A stretch of 63,257 bases of DNA, filler included, from Octopus bimaculoides (Eukaryota), in the NCBI RefSeq assembly GCF_001194135.2. It is 4 parts of 4 records of this genome, joined end to end, with 100 filler letters (N's around TTAATTAATTAA, not from the genome) between each part and the next. Parts side by side here need not be neighbours in the genome. Positions count along the whole stretch, not along the records: positions 33,984 to 61,695 come from NC_068992.1; 3 more parts are not named here. One strand, given 5' to 3'. The notes beneath the pieces were generated by a model. That model was not told where the DNA came from, searched no databases, and worked only from the letters and a program-made list of their open reading frames with translations. The translations under genes were made by a program, and so were the position numbers. Below are positions 35,906-49,420 of the stretch, one piece after another (positions within the stretch are counted from its first letter, which is position 1; each line of letters begins with the position of its first letter).

Positions 35906-38743
35906 GTGTGTGGGTGTGTATATATATATGTACGTGTGTACGTATGTATGTAAGATATGCTAAGTTTATGAATATTTTGAGGCTAGATTGAATGAAAGTT
36001 AAAAATCACGTTATTCAATTATTTCACACAATCGATATATTGGGCTCTATATGAATAGGAAGAATTCATGGGAAAATAAATAAGAAGAGCGATAATTAAT
36101 GATTTCTATTCCTATACAATAAGAGCTTATTTCGTAATTTATATTCCAGTACGCGTTTCAATTTCTCATAGTAGTACATTACTCGGTTTTATGTGTGGGG
36201 AATAAAATGATAGGAAAGAAACGACCATGGTATTCAGATCATATGATTGTTGTTGTTTACGGTTTCTTTATGAACTCATACATACGTATTTAAATATTTG
36301 CAAGACCTCATTTTACACTTCAGCACAAAAGGATTTATATAAGAAATAGCGTGAATAACGGAAATAAACTGTGCTATTAATGTATCCAAAATATATATGT
36401 TTTCGGATGTATGGAATTATTTTGAAACATTGAAACTTAACACTTGAACTACCTACAAAACACAGCCAAAACTGATGTTTCGATTTGAAACTTTGTGATG
36501 CACAAAGATTTCCATATTATTAAGTATAGTATGAAATAGTTGCGCTTGGTTCAATTTGGAAGGAACAAGCTTACATACAAAGGAATGTGAGACATAGTAG
36601 ATTGCATGTAAAAATATTCACTGTGACTACATTTTTGAGGTTTTTATGAATGTGGCTAGAAATATTTTTGGTCGGTATACCTATTGTAAAAACTAATTAT
36701 TACAAATAAGATCATTCATTACTTTGTGAAATTTGGGATTAGAAAGTACAATCATAGTTTCATGAGTAACCCAGATCTTGGAGGATGCTTTAATTTAGGA
36801 TAATGCTCAAGTGATTAACCCTATAGATTAATATTATTTGTAAGGTATGTCTCTTACATTCCTTTGACACTTTGAGTAACTATCAAATCATTACATACAA
36901 TGATAAATGCATGCATATGTATGTGTGTGCATGCGTGTGTACGTGTGTGTGAGTGTATGCGCGCATATGTGTCTGTGTTCATGCGTGTGTGTGTGCGTTT
37001 ATTGCTCTATGGTTGTGGCTGTGTGTGCGGGTGTGCGTGCATATGTGCGTGTCCCCGTACGAAATTCTATGTCTTTACAATGAAGCCTTTTCTACACCAG
37101 TAACACCCATATAATCTAATGCCAATTATTTTGGCAACAGCTCTCACTCTGATTATGATGCTAGTTCGTTGATACGTTACTTTTCCGCGTTCTGTCAGAA
37201 TTGAACCTAACAACTGATATATGAACACATATCCCTTCTGGTTTTACTCAACATTACGATGTTGTAATTTTTCTTTTGTAGAGAAATTTATTTGCTTACT
37301 ATCATTGAAAGTAAAATTTCCTTATATGTAACTCATGTTAATGGAATTTTACTCTTTTTCATGTACGGCTGTGCTGCCTTTTTGCTGTATTAGTGGAACA
37401 TCATATTGTTTATTAACTGTCGACTATGCAATCTCTTACACGACATGTTTTTTCACTTGAGCTGTTAATGAAATACAATACTGTAGGTTACTAATTACAT
37501 TGATACACCTATGCAGGTGTTACAAAGAAGACTTCATTAGTTGTATATATGAGATAATTAAGTACAACATGCGGAAGTTAATATAGATTTTGAGCGTGTT
37601 AATTAGTGTTACGAATCTCGCTTTGACATACTCAAGTTTAAACAAACACGTCAGCCGATAGAACTCTATTATTGTGTGATATGTAAGGTTGCTAGTGAAA
37701 AATAAGAAAAAAAGGAAAATGTTTTGAAAGTATGTCGCTTATTACAATTTGTCACATCTTAAAGTTAAATATCGAATACAGCTAAGCGTGAATTTACCGT
37801 TTATGCCAAAGAAACGATAAATCATCTGAAGCCATTCTGCTGTACCTGTAACCTACTTCAAATGTTATAATTATTCTGCACTCTTAAGCAAAACCAGGGT
37901 ATTGTAATCACTCGTTCTTGTCTGTTTGTCTGTGTGTTTGCAAAATTACTGGAAAACGGCTGAACAGATTTTCACCAAATAATGCAGAAACACCCATTGG
38001 GTGAGTGGCTCTAAATGATGAAAATTTGATTTGACTATCTTCAAACATCCATAAATCCATACATAGATATGCAACTCTTTCTGTGTGTGAGTGTGCGCGT
38101 GTGTGTGTGTATGTGTGTGCGTGTGTGTGTGTGTGTGTGTGTCAGTTTGCGCGCGCAAGCAACCGTGTGTGTGTTGCGTTTGTGTACAGTGATAGACTCG
38201 AGGGTTCCGTTTATTTACGAGTTTTCTTAATTTCATCGGAGTATGAATACCTATAATGGTGATACTTAAAAAAAAAGAATTAACTCGAACTTAGAAATTT
38301 CCTGATATGCATGTGGCCATATTATATATATATATATCTTACAACGAACTAAAATAAATTTGATTCACCTGTCCTCACTGAAAGACGTTGAAAATACTTC
38401 GCAAGTTCTATAAAATAATCATCTTTTCGTCAAAAATGTACAAAGCTTAATTCAGTTGGATTAAAAAGGATAAGAAAGCAGCACATTGCAAGCCACACTA
38501 CAAAGTTATCTACGAAAAATGTTATCTGAACGCAGGGTGTCCATCACCCCTCCGATGCCTTTGTTTTTTTTTTTCCTTATAATTATTACTAACAGTAGGG
38601 CGTCAAATACTTCTTCTTTGCTTTCTTAGTTGAAATTCCGCCGAGTTTCATTTCATCTTATTGGACCAAATAAAGTAAAGGAGTTCTCATGAATTGGAGT
38701 CGATGCCCTGGCAAAACATACCACCTCGAAACTGATTCTGAGG

Positions 38744-38795
38744 TGTTATTAAAACAGGTGAGACGTTATTAAAACTGTTGAGGCGTTATTAAATC
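38744..38795. repeat. 20-bp tandem repeat x~2.6
   Basis: GTTATTAAAAC.G.TGAG.C repeated. Confidence 0.75.
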
Positions 38796-39327
38796 CAAAT
38801 ACGTAATAATGATAATGTTCTCCCGTAGTAAACAGTCAAGCATATTGTAGAATGCGCTAGCTCTCTTTCTGCTTAAAATATCTTCTTTGCTTTTCCTTTT
38901 ACTGATCGATAAAATTAATACCGAAGATGCATCTTGAATGAGTCTATACACTTTAGATTTTTTAGGGGGATGATGTGAAATCTCATAATTAAATTTTCAA
39001 ACAAAGTCAAGTTATCAGAAACCATTCACCACAAAGCTTACACTATAAAAGTTAACATCAATCTAAGTTATAAAGAAAATCTATTATTTCAGGTTCATTT
39101 AAGGTTTCAGTTTTGCTACTGAGAAATCGTTTATACAAAAATCAAGTGAAAAAGTATGATTTCCTTTAGTTATACTCCGTCTTGAAAACCTCTCGTAACC
39201 AACAATTTATAGTTGTAGATATTTACTCTAGGTGATTTGTATGTATGCTTTTCGTAGCTTCGCATAATCAGCTGGATAACATCATTCGAGTTTTGTTTTT
39301 TCTATACATAAGTATTTTGTACCTTTC

Positions 39328-39374
39328 ATCACTTCTTTTGTTGATCACTTCTTTTGTTGATCACTTCTTTTGTT
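39328..39374. repeat. 16-bp tandem repeat x3
   Basis: ATCACTTCTTTTGTTG x3. Confidence 0.9.
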
Positions 39375-42336
39375 TATTCAAAATTCGGACAGAACTTATG
39401 GGATGACCTGATATATCGTACATCCAGAAGTACAGTGTAAGCTAGTGCTCCACAACTGGTATGCCGCAACAGACTGGTGTGCTACGAGACGGTGCTTGGT
39501 TTGACAAAGTGTAACCTGAATATAATTTTTCCACATACTTTTAGTTATATTTTTAGTTCAGGTGTACTGCCGAATTTTGAAAAGGACATAAGTCCACCGC
39601 ATGTGAAAAAAGGTTGTGGTGCATTGGTTTAAGTAATACTTGCATGTATTCATATATGAATATTTCATATAATACACCTGGATTGTATTTCTAAGCTGAT
39701 TCTAGCAATCAGTTCCACAAATTATAGTTTAGATGAAAATAAATATAAATATAAAATAATTATAATGAATGTGCTTCTAGGTATTTTTAATTAATCTATT
39801 CTATATGTCTTGTAGTAGATTATATTGCTAGAATCATTTGTCAAATTTGCTGTTTAAATACCTAGAATAGAAAGATTCTTCTTAGAAGATTTTCAGAAAT
39901 ATTTATTTTTATACTTCGAAATGTTGAGCAAACTTGATATTTACACCATCTCAAAAGAGATTTATAATCTGAGGTTAATGGATTTCTTATTGAAGATGTG
40001 TATACTTCTGAGCATATCAACTTTCCGGACATTTGATTGTTTATTTTCAATTTAGCCAGTTTTAAGAGACAAAATTACATCGCCATATATTTTTTTTTCT
40101 TTCTAGTAAACTCTTATTAATTTAGTCTACATAGCAATTTATTAATTCAAATATCATTTCGGAAATCTGGTTATATAATTTATTTACAAATACATTCCTG
40201 TTTAGTTTAAGCCACTGCTCCATTACAAGTCGACATAACAGTGTTGGCCAAATAACTACCCGTGAAATATTTATGATCACTGAGAGTATATTACACCAAG
40301 TGTGATATAAAATAAAATTGTATATAATCTACCATTTGCCTCACGAGTTTCATTTTCATGTAACTGGTTTTAGTCAGATCACGATTACAGGTGCATTAAA
40401 TCTCACCTCTTGCCTTTGGGCTTTCATAGTAAAAAACAAGCGAATGGATAGTTTGGAAAATATCTGAATATGTAAATATATTGGTTTTGTGACTTGTCAG
40501 GAAATTACTGCCGACAGATATTTTCAAGAGCAACTACTAGTAGACAATTCTTGGTAATCACCAACTCATTGGTTTTGTATAGTGCCACCCATAATTCAAC
40601 ATTGCAGCGTCAATGCCTCCTATATAAGCCTCCCAGAATTCAGGTAAGTGGGCGGCTTTAATTTAAACTAGTTGACGCGGAAAAACAGCTCGAGTGGAAT
40701 GGAAACTGCATCACAAATTAGCTTTGGCTGGAATGTACCTCTATATTACAACGCAGCCACCAGTAACAATTATTCTTTGGTTAAACTTTGTTCCAGTTTC
40801 TTAAGTTTTGGCAAGTTCCTAGCAATACTAGTTTTCCATAAATATAAGACTCGTTGAAGCATAGAGAGAAATACACAACATTGGTGTATTAACATATATA
40901 CACCGCTCCATTACCACCACCAACCCAATCAAAAGAGTTAGACTTGTCGAAAAGAAAGCGAGCAACACATACGAGATGATTATATTGCCAAATATTAATA
41001 TCACGCTACAGTGATCAAAAAGAATCCATTCCGAGTTTCAAAACTATAAGAACACAAAAAACATCGACGAGTTCAATTACAGGGAGAAGCAGTGAAAATA
41101 AAAACTTTAATCTTAGCTCAATAGAATCATGTCAGAAAAGTCGATTAAGGAATGGTAAGAATCGCTAGCAGACCACTGATCAAAGTGTTCCTCATACAAT
41201 GTGAGTGGAAGATATAGAAGTATAGAAAATGCTATTTATTGAGAAAGACGGGAGAAAGAACAAGAAAATAAAGAGAGGGGTTGAAAGACAGGAGAGAGTT
41301 TCATTTTATGAGATTATAAAAAGTTAAGATTAATTACTTGATTTAAGAAAACAAATATAAAACTACAATAGCTATAACTGTCTACTGCCAACAGCAAACC
41401 TGATACCAAGTTTAGTATAAGAAATAGCATCAAGAGTAAAGCAAAGCAGAAAACACATCACCACCATAAACACAGACTACTATAATCAACGTAACCAAAT
41501 ACAGCACACAACACGCAGAACAATAAAACGACCGTTATAACCTCGATGCCAAACTTGCGGTCATTGAAACATAACCTGAGTTGTTTGAAATTAATTATAA
41601 TTCCTGCTCACTTAGTTTCCATCTGACTCTCATTTTTGTTTTTAATATGGGGATGAATGTGAGGTAAACGAAACTGCATTTAGTCGGTGGGAAGTGTCAT
41701 TGTAGTTTTGTTCTTTAAATTATTCGAGACATTATTATTCTTACTGTTGTCCATTAGATACAGGTCAGCCGTGATTCCTGACCGAGCAGGACTACGTTTA
41801 AAAGCATTCTATTTGTGACCGTTAGATCTTTTATTATCTTATTCAGGATCATTATCAGATATGCCCTTCAGCTTTTAATACAGTAGCATATACTTTGTTG
41901 TTATTTCGCTTCCTTTTCTAAGAGAGTTATTCACAAGACCAAGTAAATCTTCAATTCCTCTTTGTCACTTGCATCTTGTTTTTTATTGGTTTTTACCTGT
42001 AAATCAAGTTTAGTTAGCAAACTTATCTTAGACATTACGTGAGCTTTACACATTGAAGGGATTATGTAAGATTATATTTTATAATGTCTTCTCTCGTGAT
42101 TTATATCAGTAATGTTTCGTTTAAAATACATATGGTTACAATGTCCTGTTCCTTGATTGCAAGTTTTAGCTGGTTACGTAAGCAGGTTTCTATGGGGAGC
42201 GTCTAAAGATTCGAGTCATTTAATTAAATTACATCTAAAACAGACCTAGCAAAGTGGAAAGTTAAATTTTCTCCGTAATAAATGTGTGCCTGTTTGAATT
42301 ATATGTTGTTAATATAATTATTATTATAAATAAAGT

Positions 42337-42686
42337 GGAGGCGCAATGGCCCAGTGGTTAGGGCAGTGGACTCGTGGTCACAGGATCGCGGTCTCGATTC
42401 CCAGACCAAGCGTTGTGAGTGTTTATTGAGCGAAAAGACCTGAAGCTCCACGAGGCTCCGGCAGGGGATGTTGGTGAACCCTGCTGTACTCTTCTACCAC
42501 AACTTTCTCTCACTCTTACTTCCTGTTTCTGTTGTGCGTGTAATTCAAAGGGTCAGCCTTGTCACGCTGAATATTCCCGAGAACTACGTTAAGGGTACAT
42601 GTGTCTGTGGAGTGCTCAGCCACTTGCACGTTAATTTCACGAGCAACTGGAACCCTCGACGTCGTAAGCGACGGAGTGCCAACAAC
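42337..42686 (+). mobile_element. tRNA-derived SINE family D, full length, with a 12-bp target-site duplication
   Basis: A box TGGCCCAGTGG, B box GGTCTCGATTCCC, tail GGAGTGCCAACAAC; ATTATAAATAAA at 42323-42334 and 42687-42698; a second copy at 60822-61203. Confidence 0.9.
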
Positions 42687-42699
42687 ATTATAAATAAAA

Positions 42700-43028
42700 C
42701 TGGCACTCCGTCGGTTACGACGACGAGGTTTCTATTTAATCCAATCAACGGAGCAGCTTGCTCCTAAAATTAACGTGCATGCGGCTGAGCACTCCACAGA
42801 TACGTTGTTGTACCTTTAAAGTAATTCTCAGTGAGATTCAGAATGACAAAGAATGTGACATGCCTGACCCTTTGAAATAGAGATTCTACTCATTTTTGCT
42901 AGCTGAATGGACTGGAGCCATATGAAATGAAGTGTCTTGCTCAAGGACACAAAGCATTGCCGGGAATTGAACTCGCGATTTTGCGACCGTGAGCCGAATA
43001 CGCTAACCACTAAGCTACGCGCCTTCAC
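42700..43028 (-). mobile_element. tRNA-derived SINE family E (CORE-like middle) sharing its 3' half with family D
   Basis: Minus-strand head GGCGCGTAGCTTAGTGG..GAGTTCAATTCCC, then TGTGTCCTTGAGCAAGACACTT, then CTGTGGAGTGCTCAGCC..GCACGTTAATTT..CGACGGAGTGCCA. Confidence 0.85.
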
Positions 43029-43876
43029 AATTATAAATATAAGGCCTGGGCAATATAGGAATGCTTAACAAACGAAGAAATTTGTGTATTTATCTGCGTA
43101 CTTTAAAAGCCAGAGTTCAAATCACACGGACGTCAGTGTGGTATTTAATCTTTTTTCGTCTGTGTATTACTACAAATACAGGCAGAACACCAACAGAAGA
43201 TCGATGGAAAGGAATTTTCGTGTAGCAATACTAGAGTCTATTTACATTGTTTTAAACATACTCCTTAACATTTTAGCTTTTATCCAGCTTCAAGTCATCA
43301 TTATTACTAAAATTGCGGTTGAGAACCGAGTTAATAGAATGTCATACAATCATGTAAAATATGTATGTGCTCTGTTGACTTTGAGATTTCGTATTCTTCC
43401 CATTGTGTATAAATGCATTTCCTTTCAGAACTTCGACAACGTACTTAAATTGACATTATACCTGAATGCAAAATTTCTAAACATTAGGAAATGTTAACTT
43501 AACTGGCAATACGAAACAGATTAAGTATAAACTTCATTTTCAAATGTTCACCACAACGCTACACTTAGATGCGCATGTTACACACAGTAGACTAATAAAA
43601 TAAGTACAGATATTTTTAACAAAGCTCCCTTTGGTCTTTATAAACTTGTGGTGCTACGGACTCTGATTACTATATCTTAATCCTGAACCCAAATTCTTAT
43701 GTCTTTCAAAAACGAAATGTGTTTCTTGTTCGAAAGAACAACACACTGACCGATCTCTGAATAGAAAACACGACATTACTACAAAGAAAAGTATTGGCCA
43801 CATAAACCTCATATACATAGTTGCATGCATACATAAATACATACAGGTATATGTGTATGTATGTATATACTTGTAT

Positions 43877-44252
43877 AGGCGCAGGAGTGGCTGTGTGGTA
43901 AGTAGCTTGCTTACCAACCACATGATTCCGGGTTCAGTCCCACTGCGTGGCACCTCGAGCTGGTATATTCTACTATAGCCTCGGGCTGACCAAAGCCTTG
44001 TGAGCAGATTTGGTAGACAGAAACTGAAAGAAGCCAGTCGTATATATGTATGTGTATATACATGTGTGTGTATGTGTCTGTGTTTCCGCTCTCCCCGACA
44101 TTGCGTCCCCGTAACTTAGCGTTTCGGCAAAAGAGACCGACAGAATAAGTACTAGGTTTACAAAGAATAATCCTGGGATCGAATTGCTCGACTAAATGCG
44201 GTGCTACAGCATGGCCGCATTCAAACGACTGAAATAAGTAAAAGAATAAAAG
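43877..44252 (+). mobile_element. tRNA-derived SINE family B, full length (reference copy)
   Basis: A box TGGCTGTGTGG, B box GGTTCAGTCC, central (TA/TG)n, tail GACTGAAATAAGTAAAAGAATAAAAG. Could correspond to one of the described octopus OK/OR SINEs; family name not verified. Confidence 0.9.
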
Positions 44253-44265
44253 TGCATATGTATAC

Positions 44266-44302
<37 letters not shown>

Positions 44303-45261
44303 CATACATACATAGACACACATAAATATATACATGGACATATTTATAGTTCTATATTGAGAGAAAGTATTTATGTACATTCTAAAAGTGCGACGTAACT
44401 TTTTTATGATCGGGAAATGGTTTTTATATCATATGCATGGAGAAAAACATTGAATATTAGATATGCAAAATATTTTACATTGTGAATCGGTAGACAAAAA
44501 CTATAAATACACAATAAATATATGCAGAAGAAAAGAGTATAAAATACCAATTTTTCCAGTTGCATAACACTTCGAACAAATTTCCATTGTTTTTATATAA
44601 CTCAGTGTTGATCATTCTTTTAACACTCATATTCACATATACAATAAATATTATTCCCAAAATGGATGAGGCAATATAATTTATTCGTTTATACCAGTGA
44701 AAATTTCAATCTAAAATTTTATTATTACCAAAAGACAAAAATATCACCTTTCTTGATATTTCAAGTATTCACACACTCACATTCTTTTATATGAAAATTA
44801 AGTTTCTTATATTTACAATGTTTTGAATTCTAGCAGTATTTCTTGCGTCATCAAACTTTTGGAATGTTTATATTTTTAATGTCATATGATTATTTTATTT
44901 CTTCATGCCTCTGATTTACTGAGATTTGTCTAACATTTTCACACACTAAAAATTATTGTTTATCCAATATATTCTTGCATTTTATTATTAACCCTGACAT
45001 TTGTTTTACTTATTATTATCAATATTGTTATTGTTACTACTGTAGCTCTTGTTTTATTATTCGTATTGACATTATATATATTTTCTGAAAACTTATTTGT
45101 TAGTAAAGGTAATATTTGCAAAAGTTTTTGACAAATTAGAATTGTCAAACAGAATTTTCTATATAGAGATCATAAAATAACTCACACACTCTCTACTGAT
45201 GTGAAAGCATTTTATTTTACGTTATAAAATTTACATTTCTGTCGATAGAATAAGCACTCAC

Positions 45262-45386
45262 ACATACACACATACACGCAGGCAAATATACATAAACGCT
45301 CACATATACACACACGCGCGCATACACAGACACAGACACACACACACACACACACACATACACACACACACATGCACACACACACA

Positions 45387-45428
<42 letters not shown>
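45262..45428. repeat. Compound (CA)n microsatellite
   Basis: Direct reading. Confidence 0.95.
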
Positions 45429-45430
<2 letters not shown>

Positions 45431-46649
45431 ATCACAGAGTCAGCAGATGAGATCCAGACATGCTCGGTAGAGAAAACACTTTGTAGCGGTTAAATGATTT
45501 GAACTTACAGTTAGATATTTATACATTAATAGAGCAGACTTACACAAGGAAAATTAAAAAGAGAGTGTATTCAATGATATGTCGGATTTCCGTTTCTGGG
45601 TGATGGGAATTACGTCTTAATGTTGGCAGATGTAGTTCGCAAAAAGTCATGGATATGCAGCCATTAGTGGAAGTGTATAAACATTAAGTAATGCCAGGTA
45701 TCTAGAAATTTCAATTCATTTTGCAAAGAAATTTAAAAGTAGGATATATGTAGCTGAATTATGTTAAACAGTGCAAAGGAAGAATACATGTGTGGTGTAT
45801 GTCTACGTGCTTAGATGTTCTTTGTCATAAAATTGTGAGTGCGATACAAAGTTCGATATTTTCATTCACGATTACCGGAGGGGTTAATTATGAAACGAAG
45901 TGCTAGACATTATATGCCTACTAGCAGTTGTACTAATAATGATGGTGAGGATAGTGGGCTTGGGAAAAACGAGAAATAAATATGAAGTTATCAGAGTAGA
46001 TAAATTGATAGCAAACTGTAGAGAAAGGCTGGCTGCGAAGATTGATAACAATAGCAATACTCAACAAAAAATATTAAACAAGTAAATATTTTTCAAAGAA
46101 GTCATTATGAATGGACATACATTATGTTGACAAAGAGGATGCTATTAATCTGGCTTCTACTCACCTAAGGTTTCCCCGAAAACATGGCTCACAGACATCC
46201 ATATATATGCATATGTGTATGTGTGTGCATATGTGCTTATATTTATTTATCTACACGTGGTTTGAGTCTGATGTTTATTTATTATAGGGGTAGTAATCTC
46301 GTTTAGATTAAGTTCACTTGTGACAGATTTGAAACATATTCTAATTTACATCAATGGGGAAAGAAGTTTTGCATAGCATACAAGTATATTTTCTTTGTAA
46401 ACATTATGAACTTCTTGAAGTGTGTAGTTGTTGGTGGCCACGAATGCCGCAATTTGGTTCGTTAGCACGGCATAACTTGAGACTTATATATTCAGTGATA
46501 CGCAAAATTTTACGATTGTACACATATCTTATAAAGAGAGAATAGATCGTAGTTAAAAAATCGTTCTAATGTTGTTGTTTATCTCTTTCTTATTCTCATC
46601 CAAAATATTTGATTGTTCACAAGAGCGAAAACACAGACAGGAATATATT

Positions 46650-47580
46650 TCTGACATTCAGGTTAATCTATCATTATATATACGATCCATACATCTTCAC
46701 CTACGATCCCTGGGGGCCGTCTGGATACAGTCGTTAGGTACCTCTTCCATGAGAGCAATGACGAGCAGCTGTCATTAGATTTTCCGGCTGGTTTCCCAAG
46801 CACGACCAAATGAAATTACGGGTATTATCAAAACGTCTTATTCTTACTTATCGCAACATGTCCCGTCGGCTGGATCGACAAAAAATAATTAGTCCGTAGT
46901 ACCGGACGTTCGAGCTGTCAATGGGATTATGAGCGGCTTGACTTGAAGAGGCTCCATAAACTTCGAACTACGCGCCTTGTCGAGTAATTTTTATCCAGGG
47001 AATCCTGAGAGGATCGCAATTTCAGCCGCTTCTGTTCCCGATCTTATTCTTTCAGTCATTAGGCAACATTCATTGCCAAATTTAAGGATAGCCACGAAAA
47101 TCGATGTGAATGTAGCGATTTTATAGAATTCTCTGCTTCGGAGGAATAAACGCTGGAATTGATGAATGATGGTTCTACCTCCTGCAATTCTAGAATCCAG
47201 TTCCATCACTTATGAATACGCCCTCAAGATACCTCCCCACATGTCTGGTGTTCTACTATCATTCAGAGTGCACTGGACAACTTTCTTGAGAGAATCAATG
47301 TCTCAACCTTCACCGCAATAAATATGGCTCTCCCTCGTAGCACTCGACAGCAAACCCGCAGAGTGTATGCCGGAGGTCATCTGATGATGAACCAAAGAAC
47401 ACTATAGCGTCTGTAAATAATAAATTGATGACCATGCGCCCACCATTTGTGTGTGAGATGTCTTCACGGGGTAATGTAGGTATCTTTGCGTTAATTATTA
47501 TTAATTTTTTTTTTTGCATCTATCTTTCGATCTCTCCTACGATCACCATGGAATAGGACATTGTTCAAACTTCTGTCAAT
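46650..47580 (-). mobile_element. Decayed RTE-clade LINE (Rex3/Expander-like), RT C-terminal half
   Basis: INLLFTDAIVFFGSSSDDLRHTL..FAVEC (degenerate LLFADD) and ELDSRI..FTSIFVAILKFGNECCLMTERIRSGTEAAE, similar to the Rex3-type EIDRRIG..SIFVPTLTYGHE.WVMTERIRSRIQAAE. Confidence 0.75.
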
Positions 47581-48779
47581 GTTCCTCGAGAGAAATATAA
47601 AACATATTTTAATTTAGAATATATTAAAGTAGGAAAATTGAAGTTGATTCAGTCTCATGCGCATTGGTGTCAATATTGGTTAACGAATCGGATACAAACC
47701 TACCTGAGACGACAGGTTGTTATATAATACAAATTTCCTAATCTAATGCGACCTGAATTGAAATCTCGTGTCAAATTTTTCTTCAATATATTAATTTAAA
47801 AATGGCAAAGCTATTATATTAAATTTTTTGTTATCATCGAAATTGCTGAAATGCCTTTGGTGTAATCCAATAAAAATATTGTAAGCGGAGAGTAAGTAAT
47901 TTAAACACTATAAACGATTACAATTTTAGAAACACAGACCATCACTAATCTCCCAGCATGTTTTTATATCTCTACATATACGCCCAAGGTCACACGCAAA
48001 TATATATGCGTTGGTTAATGCGTGCGATTATGTATGTACTTGTTATACGTGTGCGCTCGCATATTCGTCATTGTCTGTTTATTTTACAAGCATGAAATAT
48101 TTTAAAATTCAGCAAAAAAGTACATAAATTACATGGAGTCGATGTGAAATAATTGAATTCATATTCTTGTCATGAATATCGGGTTTTCTTTCTAATGGTA
48201 ACCAGATCAATAATATAAAATTCAAATTACCGGATGGTTAGAATCGTATATTGTCCTTGTTTTCAGTTTCTTTTCATGATTGGAGCTTCTTAAGAAATAG
48301 CATTTCTTTCTTCTTCTTTTTTGTTACAGTCTTCTTAACATGAAACATAAGTAGCTATATTTGCAACTATTCATAAAATTCCATTAACAATGGTTATTTT
48401 CTACAGCATTAAGGCTTTATTAATAAACATTAGTTTCTTTCTTTACTGGGAAATGTTAACATCATTTTGCTTTCACTTTCATTCTCCTTATTCGAATAAT
48501 AATCGCTTGTAGGTAAGACTGCAGAATATAGGTTTCACAAAGGGGTCACATGATACTATATCAGTTTGTCTCCATTTTTAGCACTTGCACATGTATTTTT
48601 CGCACTGGCCTTGTAATTTCTTCGTATCTCTTCGACGTCATACTGAAAGATTTTCAGAGTGTTCGGGCTAAGTTGATGACATTTTCTAATTACTCCTTAA
48701 TTCAGGATCAGCTAGGTGTTTGATGAATGGTAACAGCGTTGGAGGCCACAAAGATTACAGTTATTGTTGAGAAAATATT

Positions 48780-49420
48780 ATCTGACTTGGAAGACTAGAA
48801 GGCCTCTGAATATTGGGAAACAGTTACCTGCATCAACCTGATTCGAGCTGGAGATCAAAATGGTCTTATCATAACAGCTACTTAATACGCCACCAAGAAT
48901 GGAAAGTCTGTAAGGGTTGACATGCATACCTGTACTGCAGACTACGAAACCGTGGCTGGTAGCAACGGAGACGCATGCGTATGGGCTACGTCTTCACTCA
49001 AGAAATGATTGTCACATCTTTGAATAGGGCCTTAGAATCAATCCTGACGTCTGTATGACGTTGTTGAGACCAAAACTTGGCTGGAGACGATTGATGTTTG
49101 AAGGCCATGTTTGTGGCGTTTTTCCCTACTTTAGGAAAGTATCAACGTTGTTTGTCGGTGAATTTCTACGAATTTACCTGCAGCAGTTTCTGGCTTCCTA
49201 TGTCCCTGAATTGTAATCTCATACATTACTGAGTGAGGCATGGTTGATAAAGACAGCAGCTGCCCCGTCTGTGACACTAAAGCCGATTTGCTACCTAGAT
49301 CAACGTGTAAGACGATCTACTCAAGAAAACAGAGAGGAACGCATGCGTCATGTTCTGGGAACGTCTTAAACACGAGGATGAAGGTGAACAAGTCTAGATT
49401 AAATAAGCAGTTAACTCTGA
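48780..49420 (+). mobile_element. Decayed Tc1/mariner-superfamily transposase catalytic region (maT/DD37D-like; spacing not verified)
   Basis: KTWLETI and NFYEFTCSSFWLPMSLNCNLIHY*V, degenerate versions of KPW and WP..SPD.NP.DY..W. Confidence 0.6.

Noticed and set aside
40850-41250. GIY-YIG endonuclease remnant
   Set aside because: Only faint similarity (ENKNFNL..., NGKNR) with no intact motif; too weak to list as a feature without a profile search.
42337-42410. tRNA genes (also 43877-43950, 42960-43028, 61130-61203, 26963-27050)
   Set aside because: A and B boxes are present, but no complete cloverleaf or acceptor stem is evident and each continues into a repeated SINE body and tail.
46650-47580. 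Helitron helicase
   Set aside because: Initially considered, but the minus-strand translation fits RTE/Rex3 reverse-transcriptase C-terminal motifs and lacks PIF1 helicase motifs.
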